Origin: Tricharina praecox | Lineage: Eukaryota | DNA length: 64,000 bases | Assembly: GCF_024521635.1 (NCBI RefSeq) | Contig: NW_026250404.1 | Coordinates: 1,054,001 to 1,118,000 of the forward strand | Reading direction: 5' to 3' | Shown: piece after piece, positions 1 to 12,685 of the stretch | Numbering within the stretch: position 1 is the stretch's first letter | Layout of the letters: each line of letters starts with the position of its first letter | Program-made: the position numbers and the translations under genes | The notes under the pieces: model-generated | What the model saw: only the letters and a program-made list of their open reading frames with translations | What the model was told of the DNA's origin: nothing | Databases searched by the model: none

Positions 1-270
1 CTTCGTTTGACATGGAGATTTTGGAAAAGTGCTAGAATCGGTTTTATAAACAAAAGTTCGAGTGATGAACCATGGGTGGCGGTGACACCAAGGCTTGTGG
101 CGTTCCTACTTGCGGCTCAACTGAAAGCTACCCACCTTCAACTGAGCAGCAACGCAGCACCACCGAACAGCGAACGTCTAACTCCATCACCGCCATCCAT
201 CATCACGGTTCTACCTCTCCCACATCCCCATCAATAAATCTCCGACAGCTCCTATCGTTTTGAAGAGAAA

Positions 271-1349
271 ATGCCGGGCTTCGACTTCTCGAACTTCACC
301 CGCAACGCGGCCCTGCACGCCAAGGGCTTCCCGCTCCCGAAAGCTACCTCCACCGGAACAACTATCGTAGGATGCATCTTTGATGGAGGAGTCGTGATTG
401 CTGCGGGTACACAGCATCTTTCTGCTCTGCGGTTCTGGGAGATGTCTAAGATGCTGATGGTGCACAGATACGAGAGCCACCAGCGGCGAGATAGTCGCCG
501 ACAAGAACTGCGAAAAGCTTCATTTCATCTCGCCCAACATCTGGTGTGCCGGTATGTTGTCCCCGCACCTGGTATGTGCTATTTATAATATTGACTGGCG
601 CGGTGCTGCAGGAGCTGGAACCGCCGCCGAGTAAATACCGCTTCCCGTCGACAATGCGCGGACATGTCCAGCTAATCATTGCGTTTGTGTGTAGCACCGA
701 ATTCACGACCTCCCTCATCTCCTCCAACCTCGAGCTACACTCGCTCAGCACTGGCCGCAAACCGCGTGTCGTCACCTGCATGACCTTGCTGAAACAGCAC
801 CTGTTCAAGTACCAGGGCCACATCGGAGCGTACCTCGTCGTTGCCGGAGTCGACCCCACCGGTGTGCACCTCTTCACCGTCCACGCACACGGATCGACCG
901 ATAAGCTGCCGTACGTGACGATGGGTTCGGGATCGCTGGCGGCTATGGCGGTGTTTGAGACTATGTGGAAGAAGAACATGACACGTGAGGAGGCTGTGGA
1001 GCTGTGCAGCCAGGCGATTCTGGCGGGTATCTTCAACGATCTGGGATCAGGAAGTAACGTCGATGTGTGCGTCATCACGGAAGAGAAGGTTCGTGTTCTC
1101 ATGGATGGTGTGTGGAGATTGGTTGGTGGCTAACAATGGGAACAGGCGACACTGATGAGAAACCTTATCAAACCAAACGAGCGTGTGCCCAAGGAGCAGA
1201 GCTACAAGTTCGCCCGCGGCACGACGGCGTTTCTCAAGGAGGCCAGCGTCGAGAAGAAGGATCTCAAGAAGTACGTTACAATTGTGGATCTGGGTGCGGC
1301 TGTGCCTTCTGGTACAGTGAGCGGGGATGCGATGGAGGTGGACGCATAA
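271..1349 (+). CDS. PUP1: 20S proteasome subunit beta type-2 (Pup1), 5 exons, ~278 aa
   Basis: Exons 271-406, 468-551, 612-630, 695-1088, 1146-1349 joined by GT..AG introns give 837 nt in frame. Propeptide then TSTG/TTIVG (N-terminal Thr nucleophile), [61 protein letters not shown]. Confidence 0.96.
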
Positions 1350-1545
1350 GTTGGCTTGTTCTAGTTTTCTACCTTCAGTAATGAATAAACTGCGAACTTA
1401 TGGATGATCCGTGGATACCTGAACTGTAAACCGGAATATGCCGGGTAATAAACTAGAGGGGAGAGGTGGGGTGGGACCCATGGTGGGGTAGCTTGAGCTT
1501 TATCTTGAGCTTCGCACAACGCGCTGAGGACACATCCCGTACACA

Positions 1546-2946
1546 ATGCCCGGACACGACCGAACACCACCGCCGTTGCCGACGCCAGCGGAGGAAGAGA
1601 CCGCTGCTCTCAAAGCGCGAATCCTCAAACTCGAAGCTGAACTCGCGCAGTACCGCGCCCTATACCCGCCGCCGCCGCCACCACCGCCTGCGCCTAGCTC
1701 CAAGCCCTCGATTTCCTCGCAACCCACCACCACCACCCTCACCCCCGACGAATACATCCGGTACGGGCGGCAACTAATCCTGCCCTCGATCGGGCTCCCG
1801 GGGCAACTCGCACTAAAATCCAGCCGGATCCTGATCGTCGGCGTCGGCGGCCTCGGCTCGCCCGCCGCGCTCTACCTTGCCGCGGCCGGGATCGGCACCC
1901 TAGGGCTCCTCGACCACGACACCGTCGAGCTCTCCAACCTGCACCGGCAGATCCTGCACCCGACGTCGCGCGTAGGCCTGCCAAAGGTCGTCTCCGCGGC
2001 GCGCGCACTGCACGATGTCAACCCCGCCGTCAACGTGATCCCACTCAACGAGGCGCTGGCGGCCGAGAACGCCCTCGATATCGTCACGAAGGAGAAGTGG
2101 GATGTCGTGCTCGACTGTACGGATCATCCCGCCCTAAGATACCTCGTCTCGGATGCGTGCGTGCTGGCGGGAATACCGCTGGTTAGTGCGAGCGCCCTCA
2201 GGATGGACGGCCAGATCATGGTGTTTAATGACCCGCCGGGCGTGGGGCCGTGTTACAGGTGTGTATGGCCGCGGCCGCCGCCGGCGGAGTCGGTGGTGTC
2301 GTGTGGTGAGGGCGGGATTCTGGGGCCGGTCGTCGGCGTGATGGGGGTGATGCAGGCGCTCGAGGCGGTGAGGTTGGTGGTTAGGCGGGGGAGCGCGGGG
2401 GAGCACGGGAATAGGATGTGTTTCTTCTCGGCCGCGGCGGAGACGCAGTGGAGGAGCTTGAAGATGCGGGGGAAGAGGAGGGGGTGTGTCGCTTGTGGGG
2501 AGACGCCGGCCGTCACGAGGGACGGGATCACCGCCGGCGGGATGCAGGAGTATATTGCTTTTTGCGGCAGGAAGGCGGCGGCGTCGGCGACGCTGCTACG
2601 CCCCGAGCAGCGGCTCTCGGTGCAGCAGGCCAGGACCGAGGTGGACTCCATGGACGCGGTCATAGTTGACGTGCGGGACCCGACGCAGTTCGGGATCTGC
2701 GCGCTGCCGAGGAGTATCAACGTCCCGTTCGATCAGTTCGCATCCTCGGGAGGGATTCCGGCAGAGATGGAGCGGCTGATGGCCGCGCAGAAGAAGTTGG
2801 TCGTCGTCTGCAGACTGGGGAATGATTCGCAAACGGTCACGAAGAGGGTGCTGGATACCGGGTTTACGGGAGAGGCCTACGATGTCATAGGCGGCATCAG
2901 GCAGTGGGCGAAACAAGCGCCCGAGGATGGCGTCGTCGAGTATTGA
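1546..2946 (+). CDS. UBA4: Adenylyltransferase/sulfurtransferase Uba4/MOCS3 (ThiF + rhodanese domains), single exon, 466 aa
   Basis: RYGRQLIL, GVGGLG nucleotide-binding loop, DHDTVELSNLHRQ, VLDCTD, CYRC and CVAC zinc motifs, C-terminal rhodanese with CRLGNDS active loop. Confidence 0.96.
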   Translation: MPGHDRTPPPLPTPAEEETAALKARILKLEAELAQYRALYPPPPPPPPAPSSKPSISSQPTTTTLTPDEYIRYGRQLILPSIGLPGQLALKSSRILIVGVGGLGSPAALYLAAAGIGTLGLLDHDTVELSNLHRQILHPTSRVGLPKVVSAARALHDVNPAVNVIPLNEALAAENALDIVTKEKWDVVLDCTDHPALRYLVSDACVLAGIPLVSASALRMDGQIMVFNDPPGVGPCYRCVWPRPPPAESVVSCGEGGILGPVVGVMGVMQALEAVRLVVRRGSAGEHGNRMCFFSAAAETQWRSLKMRGKRRGCVACGETPAVTRDGITAGGMQEYIAFCGRKAAASATLLRPEQRLSVQQARTEVDSMDAVIVDVRDPTQFGICALPRSINVPFDQFASSGGIPAEMERLMAAQKKLVVVCRLGNDSQTVTKRVLDTGFTGEAYDVIGGIRQWAKQAPEDGVVEY

Positions 2947-3052
2947 GCTGACTGGCTATCGATAACCATGAATCATCACGTCGTGCCTTCAGCGTCTGTT
3001 TGAGCTGTCCGGTGAGAGTGAGACTATTATCTACCCCAGAAAGCCGTAACTA

Positions 3053-3109
3053 TTGCCTTAACTTGCCTTAACTTGCCTTAACTTGCCTTAACTTGCCTTA
3101 ACTTGCCTT
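3053..3109. repeat. 10-bp tandem repeat (ACTTGCCTTA) x~5.5 just 3' of UBA4
   Basis: Directly visible near-perfect tandem copies. Confidence 0.9.
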
Positions 3110-6100
3110 GAATAGTAGCCTTACCCCAAATTCCCTACCAGACAATCCGATATCATGAGTGACCACCTCCGCAAACTGGTGGGGGTTGAAGTTGCTGCGC
3201 CATTAGCCAATCTTACGACAGTAGCGTACTCTACGGAAACCGATGCACGGACGATTGGCATAGTCAGCATCTAATGTCGGAAACGGAGCGGGTATCTATT
3301 TAGAGAATCGGCTCTTTATAAAAAGAGCCACCGTTACTGGATGTTGCTGTGGCTATGCTGGCTGGGGGACTCGGAGACTCGGGACTCGGGGGTACGTATG
3401 CTGGGAAAGGATCGGATGGGAAAAGGAAAAGAGCTTTGCCGTGGCGATGGTCTGTGCATAGAGTACTGTAGGTATGGGGTGAACAGGCTGTTGAGCTTCA
3501 ATATATCTACCATCCATGGTGACTCTCAGCTGTGATTCCCCCCGTTCAAACTTCACCGAACCGTAGATAATTACCTATACATAGCTATTCCTCTAGGAGC
3601 CCCCCATGAGCTGTCGTGAGTTGGGTGCTCGTCTTGCCGTTTTACCGTTCTGTGTACCGTCGTGAGGACGGAACTTACCTCCTCACGGCATACCTGTTCG
3701 CCTACAACCAGTGACCACTCCAGCACCGACCGATTCCCGGCGACCTCTGATCGTCTCTGGGGGTGGGTGGGGCGCTCAATGTTGCCCAGGGGCCACTGGG
3801 CACCGGGCGCGGGTGATCATCTGCAGCGCTACGCGCGGTTAACTACTAGTGGGCACTTGGGTATTTGGGTATTTGGGGACAGCCGATCACCACCAGCACC
3901 ACCAGCACCACCACCACCACCACCACCGGAGCCGGAGTTATGATAGACCCGGAGTTGAAGAATACGATAACAGCTCAAGAGATTGCATGTCGTAAATACC
4001 TGGTAAGTACTCAGGTACGTATCTAAGAATACTCTGGCGCTGCCCTGCGTGCTGTTAACTGCTCTCAACAGCGAGCCTCGGAAGTTCAGTTTAGTCCAGT
4101 TCCGTTCAGCCCTACGTATGCAAGCAGCAAGCAGCAGGCAGGTACCACCGTATCAGGCACCGCGCACCAGGCAGGCAAGCAAGCGGACGGCGGAGATCTC
4201 CGTGTGGGGAGTCGGGGGAGATTGTATGCAGGTTCCTTTTCCTACTTGCGGCCCAGATCGATCGAATAGATCGCGCAGCGGGCGGGTCTGAGAGGAGACC
4301 TTCCTTGAAGATTCTCTGGTCTGTAGCGAACCTACTGTACCTACATAGAGTACCTGTAGCGCCAGTGAAACTGCTGCCGCCGCTACTGCTGTGGCTTGAT
4401 GCAAACTTCATCAATCCATCGATCGATGGTTCGGCTCGGTTCTGTTCGTTTGTCTCTGTTCGTTTGGCGAGACCGAACGTGCTTGTACCTGCATGTATAC
4501 TCTACTGAGCGGGTGGGTGGTGGCCCGCAGATGCATTAGTACCGGTCCCTTGGGGGCTACCTCTCGTTGCACGTATGCAATGCACGCACAGGAAATCATC
4601 GCCTATCTACAAAATTGCACCTGTAAGCTGTAAGCTGCAGGTGTCAGATGGGTGGGTACTGGGCTCGCACTCGCATCTTGCAGTAGGTGCGGTGAATCCG
4701 TGATGTGGGAAATGGTTGACAGGCGGGCTAGGGTGTTTACTTTACTTCGTTCACGGAGTCTTCGGTACGGGGTAAGCTTCAGCCTCTGGGCGGTTGAGTT
4801 TAGCCTCGGGGGATTTGGTGCAGGTACCGAAAAATGGGAAAAGGGGACGGAGTCACGGAGATATAGTATATTCGAGTAAGTACTATGTACGGTTTGACTG
4901 TTTGCTTCACCGGGGCGCTGCGGAAGAGGAGATGCGACAAGTTTGCAACACTGCGCTGATCTGCTCTGCTTGTGTCTGTTCAGCTTTGCTTGTATCTTCA
5001 CTGCTTTGCTTGTGTCTGCTCTGTTCTGCTCGAGAGTTCTGGAAATATTTGCGAGTTTGTGCCTGTCGGCGCGCCGAGGGCCGACCGATGAGACATTTGG
5101 CCCGGTCAAAGAGATCGATATGTACCCTACTCTACATTCAGCGGCTGCGATACACAAACACGCAACATAGCGGCGCGGCGCATTTCATCCCACTGTGGAA
5201 GGAGAATGGAAAAAAGGCAAAGAAAGGAAAAAGGATGTCGAAGGAGCCGACACCATCTTGAAGTTTGTGGCTAGCTGCTTCCGTCGTTCGGGCTGATTGT
5301 CGTCATTATTAGTTTGCTGTGGACAACAGCAGTACCGGTAGGTGGTGCAGGTCACAGGTGGGCCTGGTCGGCCACCTTCGTCTTGACGGCTGCGGGTGCG
5401 GTGGCCAGACGAGCGGGCATCTGTGTGCATACTACGCTCATCTCCCTGCTGCCGAGACGTGTCGATCTTGCATGGGATCGTGGAGGAGAGGAGGAGAGCA
5501 GAAGGATCTGTCAAGACGATTCCCGTTGTGCATACCTGTGCATACCTGCGAAAAGCAATTCGGCTCTCCTCCGTCCCGCCCACCACCGATCCCTCCGGCG
5601 GCACCTGCGCAATGGCCAGCCAGCCGGAGCTGAGCAGCAGAGACAAGACTTCGAGACCCTGCGTGGAGTTATTCTAGCTGGAGGCGTTACGTCCCCACAC
5701 TGCCGCCTTAAGCCTACCGCAGCCTAGTACCCCCCAAGGGACGCCGCGCTCTCCAGGTACTCTATGCTGCTCTAGTGCTCTCTACACCCTTCACATCGCA
5801 TCCACGCCTGGTACATCATCCCTCTGCACTCCGTCCTTCCTACAACACCTCCCCTTCCCCTCCCCCTCCCCCTCCCTCCCCACAGAAACCCAGTGTCCTC
5901 ACGAACTGCATACCGCCTACTCGTATTGATTGCTCGTCGCTCTACCTCCTCCATCAAATCTCCACCTTCTCCCACACACCACCGAACACTCTGTACCTGA
6001 GTCCAAAGTCGTGCAACCCCAGAACCATCCAAGTCAATCCAAACCCACCAAGACGCTGACGAAACCAGGCCCCCCTCCGACCCCCCCTCCTCTTCTTCCT

Positions 6101-6830
6101 CCTCTTCTTCCTCTCCCTCCATTCACCTTCTTCCTCCTCCCTGTAAACCCTCCTAACCTCCCCCCCTCCCCACACACCGACCCACCCACCCCCCCAGACC
6201 CTTCCGTCGGTACGGCAATTCGTTCAACGTACACGTTCTCTGTCGTCTGCGCACGCTTCATTCCACGCGCACCCTTCAGAGCTATATCCACACGCATGCC
6301 CACCGGCAGTGCTCCAGATCTGCCCGATAATCCTCATTCGTCCCACAATCCGACTGCAAAGCCAGAGCCGCCCAAACACAGATCACGGATCGCCCAGCCG
6401 TACTAGTCAGGTACCAAAGTAACTCTCTACCCGCCCACACCCAGACAACGCAACGCAACGCACGCTTCCTACCGGAGCAAGGGGGGGCGCGCGCCCGTAC
6501 ACGAAGAGGGGTCCATCTTTCTCGACAGAGTCCAATAGACCTTCACCTACCGAGATCTTCCAATCACTGACCGCAACGTCAGGGCTCAGGCCCCCCGCTC
6601 CCTACCTTCGTCCAGCTCTCCCGGATCTCGTTCTTGCGTCTTTCGTTCGCATACCCTCCCCCGCGATCGTCGCGAACGAAATCGGTGCCTCGACTTGAAA
6701 CCGGAATATACACGTGCACCGCACCGCCCGCACTCCTTCCTGATCGTCCTTCCGCGGACTACGACTCCGCCGACGACGGGGAAAAAAACAAAACAAAACA
6801 AAAAAACAAACAAACACAAAGAAAGAAACA

Positions 6831-9195
6831 ATGACTAAGAAGGACCAGCAAGCATCCTCTTTGAAGTCAAAGTCGAGCAGCAATAGCGCCGGTGGGCTGG
6901 GTGGTGGGATTAGCGCTGGTATCAGGGCTGTCAACGATTCGATAACTGCGCCTCTGTCCAAATCGGTGTCGCCCAAGAATAAGGCCAAGAAGAAGAAGCT
7001 GGTAGGCAGTCTCAAGGGTAACGATGATGACGACGACTTTCCGTTCTTTCTGCCTCCGAGCAGCTCCATGTTGCAGCAGAGAGCCAACCCGCCAAACCAC
7101 TCGCACCCGCCAACATCCCCTAAAATGACTGATCCGGTCAAATTGATGGCACAGCGTTCGGTTGGGCCTTCACTCACGGTATCGGTATCGCCCAAAGAAC
7201 CAGCCAGGTCCGCACCGTCTTCACGCACACCATCGGCGTCACCCCCTACGCTAAACCTACAAACTCCAGTCTCGGCGCAGCTTAGACGGCGAGAAATATC
7301 ACCCTCGTCCCCCGCAACCGACGTGGCTTCTCACCATTCTCTACGGCCTGGTGGTCCTCGGCGCTCGTCTTCGCAGGACGGCAACTTCTTCAGCAAGGTC
7401 AAAAAGGGGAAAGAGCACGTTCAGGCGGGCGGACTTATGGCGGCGAGTTTCCTCGACAAGGTGTCGCATGTGGCGTGGGATAAGCTCAAGAGCCCTCGGT
7501 TGAACCACCCCAGGCACGGAGGCGGACGGTCTTCGTCCCCACAGCACGGCCGCGGAGACAGATACGATCAGTATCGGGACACCAGTCTCGACGTCGAGGT
7601 GTTTGGCATGGATCTCAGGGAGGCGGTGGTCAAGACGAGGATCGTTAGAGAGCGCAAGATGGAAGGCGATGCGACTTTCTGGATACCCGCAATCGCCTAC
7701 CGGTGTCTGCAGTATGTTGGCCTCCCTGGGCATGGCGCTCGTTGTTTGAAGGTTGCGTTGCGTTTGTGAGGGCGGTGATCGCTGACCGGACGTTGCTCAG
7801 GTACCTTAATGTCTACGGCCCCCATGAAGTCGGCATATATCGGATACCGGGAAGCACCGCCGTTGTTGACGAGCTGAGGGCAGAATTCAAGATAAAGCAC
7901 GATGTTGATCTGTTTGAGAACCCACCGGACGACCTTCATACCGTGTCGTCCCTGCTGAAGGGATGGTTCCGCTCCTGTAAGCTGACTAGCTCACCTCCCT
8001 CGTCCTACTCGCCAGTTTTACTGACAACGATTCCCATGCAGTGCCAGACGCAATTCTTCCAATAGACGTTCAGAAACGGATATATGAAAAGTGCAAGGAC
8101 CAGACAGAGTCTCTAAAACCCCCGCAAGCCTTCGTCGACGAGCTGTCCAACTTGCCGCCCTATGTAAGGAGCCCTCATCCCACCTACTGGTCCCATCCAC
8201 ATCCGCTTACATTATGTCAGAACTATTACCTGCTCAATCACTTGTTCTCACACTTGAGCACGGTATGCATGGAGTCGGACGTCAACAAGATGAACCTGTC
8301 CAACCTGGGCATGGTGTTCTGCTCGACACTCCGGATCGATCGCTTCTGTTTCAATTGGTTGGTCAACAACTGGGCGGATTGCTGGGCCGGTTGCTTGACT
8401 GAAGAGACGGAGTATCAACGATCGATGCCACTACGGTTCCCCTCGAATTCATCGTCCTCGCATCAGCAGCACTCGGCACAAACACCATCTCATCAGCAGC
8501 ACCCGTCACAAACATCATCTCATCAGCAGCAACCGCGGACACCACCCTATCAGCAGCCACAACAGATACCGGCCTACCAACAGCCACCACAAACGACGTC
8601 TCACGAACAGTCACCGTCAGCCATGCGTCAGCCGCCAGTACCGTCTTCGGATGCGAGAACCACGAATCGAACCGGACAGTATGCTGAAACTAGACGATCC
8701 GAGGATGCCAGAGGCTCTGCCGAAACGGATCGTTCGCAAGATGCCTGGCCCACAGTTCTAAATCGTGCGAAACTCACAATGCCTCCACTATCGGCGACTT
8801 TAGCAAGGAGGGAGGATAAAGACGGAAGACGTGTTCTGTCCATCATCGAAATGGACTCCGAACAAGCCGCGCATCGCGAGAGGATGGAACGGGAACGGGA
8901 ACGTGAGTTGGAACGGGAACGGGAACGTGAGGAAGCGTTAGGAATACGACCACAATACAGCCATCGCGAAAAACCCCATAATCAGCATAACCACCATCCG
9001 CACCATAAGCTGGTGCCTTCTACGGATCGGACTATCTCGGTTTTCACGGACGGAGATCGGTACAGCACAATGGTCGAGCCTAACAAATCGCCCAGACAGA
9101 GCATTGGCGACTGCGGAAGGCTTGGACTGCCACAGTCACTACCGCCCATCCCCCCGCTCAGTCCGATGATCAAAGAGGGCCATAACATGGTTTGA
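6831..9195 (+). CDS. Rho GTPase-activating protein (RhoGAP domain with low-complexity N- and C-termini), 4 exons, ~717 aa
   Basis: Exons 6831-7711, 7801-7976, 8042-8163, 8221-9195 give 2154 nt in frame. VFGMDL..IPAIAYRCLQYL..EVGIYRIPGS (arginine finger)..DLHTVSSLLKGWFRSLPDAIL..NKMNLSNLGMVF. Start codon less certain. Confidence 0.88.
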
Positions 9196-9679
9196 TGCTC
9201 GAAACGGAGTGGTTGGTTCTCTGGGGGGAGCTGAAAGTAGCTGCGAGTTGAGTTTTGTAAGGCTGCTGCTGCCGCTCGCCGGGCGGACGGACGCTATGCA
9301 CGAGGCGATGATGATAGAGGCGTGGTGGTTGTTTTTTGCTTTTTCCCTTTATTCCCGGGGTGTTGATTTTCTTTCTCTTTTCTCTCCTTTTTTTCTGATG
9401 CGGATGATACCTTGAGTGTTTGTTTGTTTTTCCCCCGTTCTTTCAGTTCCGATTTCACGAACAGGGACAGCAACGACAGAAGAAACTGCTTTCTTTTCTG
9501 TCTTTCCCTCTATCTTTTTTTTCTTCTCTTCGCCTGTTTACCTTTCGATGTCGGTTGTTTGCAAAAGGTTTTTTTCTTTTTTCGGAGTTGAACTTTTTAT
9601 TTTTTGTGTTGATTGTTGAATGAGCGAGAGCGAAGGCGAGCGTAGCATCATTCCAATGAATTCGATCTGTGTTGTGATT

Positions 9680-10015
9680 TGTTTGCTCTGTCTTGCTCTG
9701 GTCTGGTCTGGTTTGGTCTGGTTTGCTGCGGTTTACTCTGATTGACTCTGGTTTGCTGTGTTCTGCTCTGGTTTGCTGTGCTCTGGTTTGCTGTGCTCTG
9801 GTTTGCTGTGCTCTGGTTTGCTGTGCTCTGGTTTGCTGTGCTCTGGTTTGCTGTGCTCTGGTTTGCTGGGCTCTGGTTTGCTGGGCTCTGGTTTGCTGGG
9901 CTCTGGTTTGCTGTGCTCTGGTTTGCTGTGTTCTGCTGTGCTCTACTCTGCCCTGGTTTACTCTGGTTTGCTCTGGTTTACTCTGGTTTGCTCTGGTTTG
10001 CTCTGGTTTGCTTTG
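9680..10015. repeat. Pentamer-based minisatellite; core 15-bp unit CTCTGGTTTGCTG(T/G)G x11 (9766-9930) with degenerate flanks
   Basis: Directly visible; it generates the spurious repetitive ORFs (QQTRA)n, (CSGLL)n and (LWFAV)n. Confidence 0.92.
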
Positions 10016-10167
10016 CTCCAACATGCCGGCGCTCAATAATGTGTAGTCTCGAAGTACGGGGACAGCAGGCGGATGAGATGGGGAGGCAGTATTTGTGGCG
10101 ATGATTCTGTCTCTCTGCCTGGGTCTCCGTACCTTGTATGTGGGATAGGAAGTAGGAGGTAGGAGGT

Positions 10168-10193
10168 GGGGGGGGGGGGGGGGGGGGGGGGGG
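10168..10193. repeat. G26 homopolymer
   Basis: Directly visible run between the convergent RhoGAP and aminotransferase genes. Confidence 0.85.
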
Positions 10194-10599
10194 AGATAGA
10201 GATGCGCCGGATCATGATGGGGATATAATGATGATGGGGTTACTTTTATGTCGTCTGTCTCAGATGCGTTAGGTACTCAACATACCGAATTGATTTTTTT
10301 CCCCTGTGTTCTGTCTGGCTTTATTGATGGCTTTGCTTGCTGGCTCTGGCTCTGGCTGGTATCGTGCTCAATACTCGGTGGAACAAAGATGGGATTGAGT
10401 TGTTCACTGGCTGGCTGGCTGGCTGGTATCACCAGGGAAAGAACAAAGAGAGGAATTGACTTGTTCTTATTTCCTGGCTGAACGATCTGTATATCCCCCT
10501 TCCCCCTCCCCACCCCTCCCCCGCCAACCAACCGAACTTTTAGTTTACCAGATCCCCACCAAGTACGCATGTACGAACCCCTCCTCCCACGCAATCCTT

Positions 10600-11953
10600 C
10601 TATAGCGCATTGACAGCGGTAAGATTCGACGGCGTGTTCGCCTCCGTCTCTATCAGCGGCGCCGGCTCCTTTACCTCCTCGCGCCAGCTGTGCGTATCCT
10701 CGCACGTGCCCGCCTGGATACCCTTCAGTGCGGCCAGGAGCTTCATTACGCCCTCACTTTACAGTATCTTATTAGCCCTGTACTGCTCCAAGCACGGGTG
10801 GTGGGACGTACGGATTCTCGTCGCCGTACTTGTAGACGATCTTGGTATCGGTGCTCTTCTTGGTAATCGACTTGATCGGCACCAGCGCGGCCGCGGTGCC
10901 CGCAGCCATGACCTCATCGAAGCCCTCACACTCCTCGAACCTAATGGGGCGGACCTCGACCTCCCATCCCATATCCTTCGCAATCTGCTGCACCGACCTG
11001 CTAGTAATACTCTTGATGACACTATTCGAGTCCGCGACCAGCAGCTTCGTCTTCACCTCGGCCCCCGAGCCCGCAGGTGGGTACTGGATCGCGAGAAACC
11101 CGGACGTGCTGAACTCGTCGATGTGCGTCCGCGTCTTGCTGTCTAGGTGCAGCGTGATCCCGTATCCTGCCTGCCGTGCCGCTTCGCTGTGGATCAGCAC
11201 CGGCGCGTAGTTGCCGCCGATCTTGGCGGACCCAGTGCCCGCGGGCGCCGCACGGTCGAAGTCTTCGAGTACGAGGCAGTCCACCGTATGGATCCCGTGG
11301 TACACACCGACCGGGAGGACGTAGACCTGTGCTGCTGTTAGCCTTCGGTGAGCGGGGGGCGGGGGGGGGGGGGGGGGGGGGCGGGGGCGGACGTACGACG
11401 AACGTGTACTCCTCGGGCGGGCTCAACCCCAGCTGCGCAGAGCTTCCGAAGAGGAGGGGACGGATGTACATACTGGCGCCTGAGGCACTGGGGGGAACAA
11501 ACTCCGCATTCCTCGCGACAGCCATATGCACGCTCTCCAGAAACAGGGCCTCGGGCACTGGCGGCATCGCCACGAAGCTGGCGGAGTGCTGCATGCGGCG
11601 CGCGTTCTCCGACGGCCGGAATATGTGGATGCTCTTGTCGTCCGGGTTCCGTAAGGCTTTCAGACCCTCGTAGCATTGCTGCCCGTAGTTTAGTGCGGGA
11701 GACATCCCGTGCAGCCGCAGGTAGGGGTCCCGGATGAACACCGGAGCGCTCCATTGCCCAGTCGTCTTGTTGTACGTGGACGAGACGTGGCCGTTTACTT
11801 CCCGGACTTTGAAGCCGAGGTCGTTCCAGTCTGGGAGGGGGGGTCAGTATGCGGTGCTGCGGTTGGGGAAACGGCAGTAGCAGCAGCAGGAGCGGGACGG
11901 AGAGGAGTAGGAGAGGTACCAATGGCCGACGTGGGTGGAGGCGGGAAAACCAT
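10600..11953 (-). CDS. Branched-chain amino acid aminotransferase (PLP fold IV, TOXF-like type), 4 exons, ~379 aa
   Basis: Exons 11953-11920, 11830-11397, 11326-10812, 10756-10600 give 1140 nt in frame. MVFPPPPTSAIDWNDLGFKVREVNGHV, LNYGQQCYEGLKA, IFRPSENARRM, MYIRPLLFG, GTGSAKIGGNY (PLP Lys), DEFSTSGF, SITSRS, EVMAAGTAA. Confidence 0.93.
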
Positions 11954-12685
11954 GATTGCAGCTGTTGCGGTTTCGTTTAGCGTGTGGAAGTGTGGAAGTT
12001 TGTTTGGTTGTATGTTTGTTTGCGGGCTTGGTTTCGTTCGTTCGTTCGGTCGTTTGGTGGATAGTGGGGTAGAGTACAGTAGTGGGCAGAGAGAAGGAAA
12101 GCTGGGGTAAATATATACTTTCACTAATTCTAACGCGGCTCCCCCCAGCTCCCGGAGGTCGGTGGTAAATTAATCGCGATGATTGACGGTCTCGCACGAC
12201 AGCCGCGCCCGCCGGCCGGCGTCATGGTGCGGGGGAGGGGCAACTCCGATGACGTCCACAAGGAACCAATCACACGTACTTAGATCCGTATCCGTAGAAC
12301 CAGTGGGCGTTCTATTTGTGTCAATGGCTCTCGTAAGCCCTCGTTACTGAGTGGCTCGGGCTAGAGAACAATTCTCATATAATGCCGAAGTGTTTCGGAC
12401 CGGTGCTGAGGTTTCCTGGCTACAGAGCTGAATGACTTCTCGGGCGTCTGAAAGAGCGAACCCTAGCCCACGTAATCATTACTTCTCACCCGAGCCGGAC
12501 AATGGAACATCGGCTTTCAATGCAATTATTTATTAAACCCCTATGGCGCCGTCAAACCCCGTGTGAAAATATGTAGGTACAGGGACAAATAAGCAGGCTC
12601 GCAAATATGAAAAGTAATTCGGTCAAAAGTACTTGTGTACCCCCCAACTAAAGTCCGGAACGCCTGCTCCAGCCATGTCATGCAA

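Noticed and set aside
9455..10104. Repetitive ORFs (QQTRA)n, (CSGLL)n, (CALVC)n
   Set aside because: Open in several frames on both strands only because the 15-bp repeat lacks stops.
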